Shown here: positions 29,494 through 37,022 of the stretch, piece by piece | Layout: each line of letters begins with the position of its first letter | Position numbering within the stretch: the first letter of the stretch is position 1 | Assembly (NCBI GenBank): GCA_965209055.1 | Contig: OZ242374.1 | Coordinates: 5,696,001 to 5,760,000 of the forward strand | DNA: 64,000 nt | Source: Acidobacteriota bacterium | GTDB taxonomy: Bacteria; Acidobacteriota; UBA6911; RPQK01; JAJDTT01 | Direction: 5' to 3' | Made by a program: the position numbers and the translations under genes | Notes under the pieces: model-generated | What the model was told of the DNA's origin: nothing | The model's database searches: none | The model's input: only the letters and a program-made list of their open reading frames with translations

Positions 29494-29594
29494 TGTCAAT
29501 GGCCATTAACTGTCATGGTTTTCGGTCTGTCCCGCGTAGGGAGCGGAGCGACCGAAGCGGGGCAGACCGACGGAACCCTGGGGGCCTCATGACA
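29494..29594. mobile_element. Orphan IS21-like terminal sequence with a 14-bp stem-loop (no transposase)
   Basis: Begins TGTCAATGGCCATTAACTGTCATGGTTTT, resembling IS21-family ends (from recall, not searched). Stem TCGGTCTGTCCCGC (29522-29535) / GCGGGGCAGACCGA (29557-29570); outer TGTCATG...CATGACA. Confidence 0.45.
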
Positions 29595-29911
29595 CGGTGT
29601 CCCCGGCGGCGAGAAGTTCACCACATCTTTGGCCGGCGGCAGGATGGATCGCCTTGGAGAGTTCGGATTTTTGGAGTGTATGCACCACGCAAACGCGTGC
29701 TGGAAGTCAGCTTCAGACCGATCCCGCCAGCGGACTGGAGAAACTGACGCCGACGTGGATCACTAGCTCGATCGTGTGCTGCGACCCCCTCGACTCCGAA
29801 AGCATCAGCGAACATCTCCCTGGCCATCTCGATTTCTTCCTGGAGAAGTGCCGGCAAGTGAACGAGGAGGATTGCCGCCCGGCCTCATTGACGGCCGCTG
29901 GACGGCTTTCC

Positions 29912-30190
29912 TGTGCCGGCCAGTGGAGCGGCACGGAATGCTGGATGGAGTTGTCCAACGCGCCCGGGTGCTACGTTTGGAATGGTGCTCTCCTGCCGGA
30001 GCAGACCGTGACCTGGACGGGCGACTGTGCCGGGGAGCTCGCCCAAGGGAAGGGAACCCTCTAATGGGCCTGGGACAGGGGCCGAGGCGAGGAGACCGCG
30101 GAAGAAACCGGGCATCCGCGGGCTGGCAAGAAGTGGCAGGGCCAGGGGATCACGCGCAACGGGAATGGTACCGTCCATGAAGGGACCTTT
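29912..30190 (+). pseudogene. MORN-repeat-like protein remnant
   Basis: CAGQWSGTECWMELSNAPGCYVWN..TVTWTGDCAGELAQGKGTL*WAW..GKKWQGQGITRNGNGTVHEGTF; in-frame TAA at 30062-30064; no evident start. Confidence 0.65.
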
Positions 30191-30197
30191 GAACCCC

Positions 30198-30350
30198 TCA
30201 CCATCGGCTCCTAGCCTTTGATATCAAACGTGCATTGACCGACTGCACCATGGCACGGGTCAGCCGCTTGAAGTTCTCAAGGGCCGTGTCTCCGGGAACG
30301 TCCAGATCGAACTCCTCCTCCAGTTCGGCCTTGTTCGGCTGATAGCTGTG
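30198..30350 (-). pseudogene. Startless small-protein remnant with a YQPxKAELEE motif
   Basis: Reads HSYQPNKAELEEEFDLDVPGDTALENFKRLTRAMVQSVNARLISKARSRW*, preceded in frame by TGA. I recall this motif from small ORFs beside IS1595-family transposases; unverified. Confidence 0.45.
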
Positions 30351-30565
30351 TCACACCAATTCGATTCGGAACTCTCGTATGCAATCCCCATTTATTCCCA
30401 TCGGTTTCTCCATCCCGTTCTTCATGGAATCGAAGACCGGCCCAAGCCGGTGATCATCAAGGGGGCGGCCGATGAAGAAAACCGCCCCCGACATCGTTCC
30501 GGGACCGGGCCGAATGGCAGGTGTCACGTCCATCCCCATTTGGGAACGATTGCCTCTCATCCTCG

Positions 30566-30775
30566 CTAAGGGGAGGAGTCCTTCGGTCGGAAACCAGATA
30601 TTGATCTCCTTACACGCTCCGCTCCCAATATCAGGGCCGCTGGAAATAGAAGCCACCAGGACGAACCGTCCGTTCCGATTCCCAGGACCTTCATTGCAAT
30701 ACCGACCACAAATACCATTGCCATTACGGCCTCGATGTTCGTAACGCCCTACCGACTAACCTCTTTGCTTTCCAT
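30566..30775 (-). pseudogene. Small two-TM membrane protein with an in-frame TAG at codon 9 (or a 52-aa protein from ATG 30724)
   Basis: MESKEVSR*GVTNIEAVMAMVFVVGIAMKVLGIGTDGSSWWLLFPAALILGAERVRRS...; GGGGGA upstream; lower GC than the flanks. Confidence 0.4.
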
Positions 30776-30812
30776 GCATCCCCCAATACTTATCGGAACT
30801 CGTCCGGCCCCA

Positions 30813-32306
30813 CTACTCCAGCGGGGGGATGGGTTTCACTCCAGCACCGTGATGAGACAGTTTCGGCGTCAGATCGCCGTGGACAGTCACACCCTGTCCA
30901 AAGTTGATGATTGTACGGGTTCCGGCGATGCCGTCGAAGTTCCCGACGATCCAACCGTAGCCGACGAAGGCTCTATCTTCCCCGACGATCTCGGCCAAAC
31001 GCACAGTATACGTCTGTCCTGGAACCAGCATCCCATTCTCATCCAGGCCGCTGCCGGGTGAATCTCCCGTCGTCTCATAGATCATCGGTTCGTCGTCGTC
31101 CCGGTGGTAGAGGTAAATCTCCAGCGTCCCCACCTTGTCTTCTCCCTCGTAAGGGCTCCCAGCCGTATCGACTCCCTCGGGAGCCGAGAGCACGTTGCTC
31201 ACTGATAGGTACGTGTCGATGACCTGATCCGGATCTTCACTCGGGATGCTCACCAGATAGCTGGCGAAGACGGCGGATTGGTTCGACAAGGGGTCGACCG
31301 CCACGTCCACCTCAGCCGATGCCGAGCCTCCTTGCACGTCGGAGACGTCCACCCGAATCGCCATCGCTCCGGCCTCAGCCGGTGCCCGCCACCGCGCCGT
31401 CGCGCCGTCGGTCTCCCCGACGAAGCTGCCCGACTCGGCACTCCACGAATAGGACAACTCGTGGCCGTCCGGATCCGATGCCCGGGCCTCCAGCCGGACT
31501 GAAAGGCCCTGGCGCACCCGGCACATTTGTTCGCAGGAGAGAGACACCGTGGGCGGAGAGTTCACGTTGATCTCCACGGTGGATGAACCCGAGGCCCCGC
31601 GCCGGTCGAAGACCTCGACCTTCACGTGATACCGTCCGGCCACAGGAGGCGCTTGCCATCTTGCTGTCGCTCTCGATGTGACTCCAATGAAGCTGCCCTG
31701 TTTCGCACTCCAGCGGTAGGACAGTCCGCCACCGTGCGGGCCCGATGCCGTGGCCTGCAGGCGCACCTCCCCTCCAGGAGACACCTCGCACGGCTCGCAC
31801 GAGGCCGACAGCGCCACGGCGGGAGGTGTGTGCAAGTCCAGGCTCACTGAGACTGGCGCGTTGTCGGCGAAATTCGGGGCAGAGGAGAGAACGAAACCAA
31901 AATCAAAGGGGCCAGCGCTGATGACCCAATTCTTCAGCGCCGCAGAGAAGCTTCCGAAATTCAGCGTCGCTGCGGCCACGAAGTTACGGGGGACTGGTTT
32001 GTCGAACCGAATCCTGAGGATGTCGAAATCTGAACGGTCTACTGTGAAGAGGGCAGTGACGTTGTATGTCGTGCCACTGTGAATGAAGTCGTCGTCCGTG
32101 AGCACCGAGGAACAGTCGGCCATCGCAGCATGGCCATTGTCGCAGCCCATGAAAGTACCATGGGATTCGACCAACCGGTCCACTGTGAGCGTTGCGGTCC
32201 AGAGGGTCGTTTGCGCTAAGGCGGGAGGTGTCCAAGCAAGGGAGGACGCGCCCAGGATCAGCGCCACGCGGAAGGCGGCTCTGCTCGGCTCAAATGTCAA
32301 AGTCAT
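30813..32306 (-). CDS. Secreted surface protein with two tandem Ig/PKD-like repeats
   Basis: Signal peptide ending ALA-Q; N-domain WTATLTV..GC..CS..LTDDDF; two ~85-aa repeats (SCEPCEV..LQATASGPHGGGLSYRWSA..ARWQAP / SCEQMCRV..LEARASDPDGHELSYSWSA..ARWRAP); distinct acidic C-domain. Confidence 0.8.
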   Translation of the reverse strand: MTLTFEPSRAAFRVALILGASSLAWTPPALAQTTLWTATLTVDRLVESHGTFMGCDNGHAAMADCSSVLTDDDFIHSGTTYNVTALFTVDRSDFDILRIRFDKPVPRNFVAAATLNFGSFSAALKNWVISAGPFDFGFVLSSAPNFADNAPVSVSLDLHTPPAVALSASCEPCEVSPGGEVRLQATASGPHGGGLSYRWSAKQGSFIGVTSRATARWQAPPVAGRYHVKVEVFDRRGASGSSTVEINVNSPPTVSLSCEQMCRVRQGLSVRLEARASDPDGHELSYSWSAESGSFVGETDGATARWRAPAEAGAMAIRVDVSDVQGGSASAEVDVAVDPLSNQSAVFASYLVSIPSEDPDQVIDTYLSVSNVLSAPEGVDTAGSPYEGEDKVGTLEIYLYHRDDDEPMIYETTGDSPGSGLDENGMLVPGQTYTVRLAEIVGEDRAFVGYGWIVGNFDGIAGTRTIINFGQGVTVHGDLTPKLSHHGAGVKPIPPLE

Positions 32307-32809
32307 AAGATACTCCGAGTGTCAAGAATCTGTCATGTTTCATTGACTTTGTGCAGTGTTCGCTCCAGGGCGCAACGTCGTCACGACCACTGGTAAATTG
32401 CTGGGTCTGGTGTTGGGACTGAGTAACTCATGAGAGCGCCAGACCCAAACCCTCCAAGCCCACTTCATCGGCGCGGCGAGTAGTGCAGTCCTGTGTAGTT
32501 AAGTCTAAAGGCCCCAAATTAATTTACCGCGCAGACTCCTGGCGGGACGGAAGCGGACCGTTACTAGTAGCATACCGGCAGCAGAATGAAAGGGGCGGCG
32601 GGCAGGTTGACGGCGAATGCCTCTGCAACCCTGATGGACTGACATGAAGGCGGGCGGCGGGAAGTCCTCGTCCAAAAGGGAGCGTATTTCATAGTCCGGA
32701 GACTTCCGGTTTTGCCATGAAGGGATCTATCGGGGAAAAGATCGGTCGCTGCTCGGATCCATTGCCGCCACCGGCGCGCCGCGGCAAGTGGAGGTCAAGG
32801 AGGCAATAA

Positions 32810-33703
32810 ATGAGAACCATCTACATCTTTTCCCTGGCCGTGGCGGTCATGATGCCCCTTCCCGGGGAGACCCCGAGGGAGGTGGAGAGACCGGGTCGGG
32901 TCAAGGTTCTGGAGTCCCCTTCCGGGGTCCGTTTCGCTTTGCTGGGGGAAGCGGGTGAGGGGCCCGCTCCGACGATTCTTGTCTTCGGCGGAGGGATGCG
33001 TTCGGGGCTGGAGGGAAGGTCCGCCAAAATGTGTCGGATCCTGACTCGGCACGGGTTCCTTGCCGTCGCTCTGGACAGTCCCTGCCACGGCGAGGATCAG
33101 AGGTCCGGCGAACCCTTCGGCCTTGCCGGGTGGCGACACCGCCTGGAGAAGGGTGAGGAGTTCCTCGCCGACTTTCTGAAAAAAACCTCGTCGGTGCTGA
33201 ACCACCTGATCCGGCAGCAAGTCACGGATCCTGAGAGGATCGTGGCTTTCGGCCCCTCCCGCGGCGGTTTCCTGGCGCTGCACTTCGCCGCGGTCGAGCC
33301 TCGGATCGGCACCGTCGTCGCTTTCGCTCCGGTCACGGATCTGCTGGCCTTGCGGGAATTCCAGGGAACGGCGGACAAAGCTGCGGCCCGTTCTCTGGAC
33401 GTCATGGCGTTGGCGCCGAAACTGGCTGGGCGCCGCCTCTTCATCCAGATGGGACACAACGATCTGCGGGTGGGCGGCCATCACGCCATAGACTTCGCCT
33501 TGAGGCTCATGAAGCGGTCGCCCGATCAGATGAAGCCCTTGCAGGGCATCTGGTCGGGGGATGCGATCAAGCTGGTGATCACCCCCTCGGAGAATCCAAA
33601 CGGCCACACCACCTATGACGGAGCCCACCACGATGCTGCGGACTGGATCCTCCGCAGCGGAGAGAAAACCGGGCCGGAGGAGTCGTCGTGCGAATCAGAG
33701 TGA
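32810..33703 (+). CDS. Secreted alpha/beta hydrolase
   Basis: AAGGAGG RBS; signal peptide; LDSPCHG, nucleophile elbow GPSRGG, FAPVTDL, MGHND, GHT. Confidence 0.85.
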   Translation: MRTIYIFSLAVAVMMPLPGETPREVERPGRVKVLESPSGVRFALLGEAGEGPAPTILVFGGGMRSGLEGRSAKMCRILTRHGFLAVALDSPCHGEDQRSGEPFGLAGWRHRLEKGEEFLADFLKKTSSVLNHLIRQQVTDPERIVAFGPSRGGFLALHFAAVEPRIGTVVAFAPVTDLLALREFQGTADKAAARSLDVMALAPKLAGRRLFIQMGHNDLRVGGHHAIDFALRLMKRSPDQMKPLQGIWSGDAIKLVITPSENPNGHTTYDGAHHDAADWILRSGEKTGPEESSCESE

Positions 33704-34458
33704 TCAATCCCTTCGGCGGAACCGAGTTCAGGGGACGGGAGAATCTGGAGAGGATCAGGCGAAGCGGCACCGAGTTCGACATGGTCAACATCGCCGACGC
33801 TTATCCGCTGAAGAACAACCAGTTCCTCTACTTCCGGCACAAGTGCACCGATGCGACGCTGGAGCAGGTGACACAGGCCGAGAAGGACGGGTGCGAAGCC
33901 GTCTTCATCTCCTGCAACCTGGACATCGGACTCTACGAAGCCCGCTCTCTGGTGGACATTCCGGTCACGGCCACGCTAGAGTCCGCGGCCCTGATGGCCT
34001 ACGCCATGTGTGAACGGTTCTCCCTCGTCTCCGTGGACGACCAGAACGGACGCATCCAACGCATGATCCTGAGGCAGTACGGCCTGGACGGCAAAGTGGC
34101 TTCACACCGGTCGATCGGCATCGATGCCAATGACCTCTATCCGGAGAAGACTTCGGAAGACAAGGTCTACCGGCGCGCGGTCGAGGTGGCCCGGCAGTGT
34201 GTCCGGGAGGACGGCGCGGAGATGCTGATCTCGGGGTGCACTCTCATGGGTTCCGTGCTGACCCACCGCGGCGCCCAGGCCATCGACGAGATCGGCGCCC
34301 CGGTGATCGACGGCATGGTCACCGGCTTCAAGATGGCGGAAATGATGTGCGACATCTGCCGGTTGACGGGCCTGCCACCCGTGAGCCGAACGGGCTTCTT
34401 CCAGTTTCCTCCTGCGGACGACGTGAAGCAGTTGCGGGATTTCTACGGGCGGAGATGA
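33688..34458 (+). CDS. Asp/Glu/hydantoin racemase family protein (allantoin/hydantoin racemase-like)
   Basis: MRIRVINP start; two catalytic-type cysteines in ISCNLD and SGCT; PVIDG. Confidence 0.88.
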   Translation: MRIRVINPFGGTEFRGRENLERIRRSGTEFDMVNIADAYPLKNNQFLYFRHKCTDATLEQVTQAEKDGCEAVFISCNLDIGLYEARSLVDIPVTATLESAALMAYAMCERFSLVSVDDQNGRIQRMILRQYGLDGKVASHRSIGIDANDLYPEKTSEDKVYRRAVEVARQCVREDGAEMLISGCTLMGSVLTHRGAQAIDEIGAPVIDGMVTGFKMAEMMCDICRLTGLPPVSRTGFFQFPPADDVKQLRDFYGRR

Positions 34459-35909
34459 GGGCTCAAGCCGCGCTTGGACCACGGACCGTACTTTGGCTGG
34501 TTTTTTCGGTCACCCTGCTGGGACTCACTTCAGCCTGCAACCGACGGCCGGAGAGGCCCAACATCGTCCTGATCCTGGCCGACGATCTGGCCTGGAACCA
34601 GTTGGGCTGCTACGGAAGCCGCTTCTACGAGACTCCCCATCTGGACGCTCTGGCGCGCCAGGGGATGCGTTTCACCGACGCCTACGCCGCCAGTCCCATC
34701 TGTTCCCCGACCCGGGCCAGCATCATGACGGGAAAGCATCCGGCGCGGCTCCGCGTCACCCAGTTCATCTCGCCGGGAGATTACGCCGGGAACGCCGTCA
34801 AGCTGTTGGAGCCGGACTGGACCCGACGTCTACCCCTGGAGGAGGAGACCATCGCCGAGGCGCTGAAGGATTCGGGCTATGTCACGGCGGCATTCGGCAA
34901 GTGGCATCTCAGCCAGGCCAAGACCCCTCCCGGGAGCCTGCCCTTCAATCCGGACAAGCAGGGTTTCGACGACCACTTCGTGACCTACAAGCCGGTCCCC
35001 CGCATGGCCCGTGAGTGGCAGACGCCGGAGAACGACGCCCACAACGTGGGAATCATCACGGACCGATCCCTGGAGTTCATGGAGAAGAACCGGGAGAGGC
35101 CCTTCTTCCTCTTCGTTTCGCACAACAGCGTTCACACCCCCCTGGTGGAGAAGGAGGCGCTGATCTCCAAGTACCGGGCGAAGCCGGATGCCGACGCGCC
35201 CACCAACCACCCGGTCATCGGGGCCATGATCGAGACCCTGGACCTGAGCGTCGGCCGGCTGCTGGCCAAACTGGACGAGCTGGACCTGTCCGGTAGGACC
35301 CTGGTCCTCTTCTTCTCGGACAATGGCGGTTTGGAATGGAGCGACGGCAACGGGCAGGGCCCCGCGAACCACCCGCTCCGGGCCGGCAAGGGAGACCTCT
35401 ACGAAGGAGGGATCCGGGTCCCCTTGATCGCCCGTTGGCCGACCGTGGCCGCCCCCGGCAGTGTCGTCGAGGAACCGGTCAGCAGCGTCGATCTCTTCCC
35501 CACGTTCGTGGAAGCCGCAGGAGGGGACGGCAAGCACGACGATATCGACGGCGTGAGCCTGCTGCCGCTCCTGCGAGGGGCCGCCTCGCTGGGCCGGGAC
35601 GCCCTCTTCTGGCATTACCCCCACTACCACGGTTCCGGCGCCCTGCCTTCGAGCGCCGTGCGGAAAGGGCGGTTCAAACTGCTGGAATGGCACGAGGAGA
35701 AGATCTTCGGACTGGAGAATCGCTACGAACTTTTCGACCTGACCGACGACCTGGGAGAATCCACCGACCTGGCGTCCGGCAGGCCCGAAAAGACCCGGGA
35801 GCTGGCCGCGGATCTGGAGAACTGGAGAAATTCGGTGGGAGCCCAGATGCCCCGACGTAATCCGGACTATCGATCCGCAGGAGGTCCCGACACGCCTCGA
35901 AGGGATTGA
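34455..35909 (+). CDS. Sulfatase (S1 family), lipoprotein
   Basis: ATGA overlap with the racemase; lipobox TSAC; PNIVLILADDL, ICSPTRASIMTG, GKWHL, FSDNGG, YEGGIRVP, FWHYPHY. Confidence 0.95.
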   Translation: MRAQAALGPRTVLWLVFSVTLLGLTSACNRRPERPNIVLILADDLAWNQLGCYGSRFYETPHLDALARQGMRFTDAYAASPICSPTRASIMTGKHPARLRVTQFISPGDYAGNAVKLLEPDWTRRLPLEEETIAEALKDSGYVTAAFGKWHLSQAKTPPGSLPFNPDKQGFDDHFVTYKPVPRMAREWQTPENDAHNVGIITDRSLEFMEKNRERPFFLFVSHNSVHTPLVEKEALISKYRAKPDADAPTNHPVIGAMIETLDLSVGRLLAKLDELDLSGRTLVLFFSDNGGLEWSDGNGQGPANHPLRAGKGDLYEGGIRVPLIARWPTVAAPGSVVEEPVSSVDLFPTFVEAAGGDGKHDDIDGVSLLPLLRGAASLGRDALFWHYPHYHGSGALPSSAVRKGRFKLLEWHEEKIFGLENRYELFDLTDDLGESTDLASGRPEKTRELAADLENWRNSVGAQMPRRNPDYRSAGGPDTPRRD

Positions 35910-35972
35910 TCCGGTTCAAAGGAGCAACCGGGAACGGGTGGGCTGGATGCGCCGGAACTCAGCTCGACTCGC

Positions 35973-36740
35973 TCATGGCGCCGTTGCCCCGTCCAACTCG
36001 CGAACGTAGATGCTGCGAAACCAGAGCCGGTTGCCATGGCTCTGCAACTCGATCTGTCCGCGAGGATCGATCGGGCGGGACCGGTCCCATATATTCTCCA
36101 TCACCGCCTGATCGGTGACCAGCTTGCCGTTGAGCTTCACCGTGACCCGGTCGCCGACCATCTTGATGTAGAAGGTGTTCCACTGGCCTACAGGAAGGTC
36201 CGCATTCACCAGGGGAAAACGGGGATGGATCTTGTTGTTCCACAGTGCTCCCGAGCCCTTGTCGTTACCGTGCCTGCGGTACTTCTCGAACCTGGTGTCC
36301 CAGATCTGAACCTGGGGACTTCCGCGCAGGTAGATGCCGCTGTCGCCGCCTTCCAGGATCTTCCAGTCGACATACAGTTCGAAGTCACCGTAGTCCTTGT
36401 CGGTGCACAGGTTGTCTCCCTTGCCGTCGAACTCCAGAACACCGTCGACCACTTTCCAGTGGGCACGCATGCGCTGGTCGGCCTTCTTTTGAGCTTCCGC
36501 CAGTTCCCGCGGCGACATGGCAGCACGCTTGATGGGGTTTTCCACCAACCCCTTCCATCCGGCCAGGGTCTTGCCGTCGAAGAGTGCGGTAAAGCCTTCG
36601 GGTGGTTCCGGGCCGGATGCTGCCGAAAGCGGAGCCAGCATCGTGAAAAGGCAGGCGATTAGCCCGGGAAGCCAGGAGTTGCGACGGTAGTCTCGGATCA
36701 GGTTCGAATTCAGCCGGATCGGTGTCACGCGAAACAACAT
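35973..36740 (-). CDS. DUF1080 (3-keto-disaccharide hydrolase family) protein
   Basis: GFTALFDGKTLAGW, WKVVDGVL, YGDFELYVDW, DSGIYLR, QVQIWD, GQWN, VKLNG, GQIELQSHG..FRSI. Start uncertain; TGGTATACT extended -10 just upstream of ATG 36740. Confidence 0.92.
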   Translation of the reverse strand: MLFRVTPIRLNSNLIRDYRRNSWLPGLIACLFTMLAPLSAASGPEPPEGFTALFDGKTLAGWKGLVENPIKRAAMSPRELAEAQKKADQRMRAHWKVVDGVLEFDGKGDNLCTDKDYGDFELYVDWKILEGGDSGIYLRGSPQVQIWDTRFEKYRRHGNDKGSGALWNNKIHPRFPLVNADLPVGQWNTFYIKMVGDRVTVKLNGKLVTDQAVMENIWDRSRPIDPRGQIELQSHGNRLWFRSIYVRELDGATAP

Positions 36741-37022
36741 GATTGCCAAGTGGCCGAAGTATACCACCGGCATTCCCAGAAAATCTGCTGCCTGGAGCCG
36801 GCAAGATACCGTGGAGTGGATCGGCATGATCCGGCCTGGGAAGAAACAGACCCTCCCTGACTTGGATTGGCCGGTCCGAGGGGTAAGTCCCGAGGCCCGG
36901 AACGCACCTCCTCAACTTGAAGCCGCTCATCGACAATTCCCGGCGCGAACGGCGTGCGACCGACTACGAGCGTATGGAAAAAGTCTCTGGAGAGGAAACA
37001 GGCGGAAAGATGACAGGAGAGG

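Noticed and set aside
30182-30194. Left inverted repeat (GGGACCTTTGAAC) matching the 32503-32515 end
   Set aside because: The match is 10/13, but the bases also read as the natural EGTF continuation of the MORN remnant, and the flanks show no target-site duplication.
30062-30751. Stop-codon recoding (in-frame TAA at 30062, TAG at 30749)
   Set aside because: Both are confined to a decayed patch; intact genes use TAA, TAG and TGA as ordinary stops.
32319-32345. PafBC (RecA-NDp) binding motif
   Set aside because: TGTCAA-N10 is not followed by TA-N3-T; no convincing instance was found by eye.
36790-37022. Possible small ORF or gene fragment between DUF1080 and the PHP fusion
   Set aside because: No RBS/start pair and no recognisable motif; cannot be supported.
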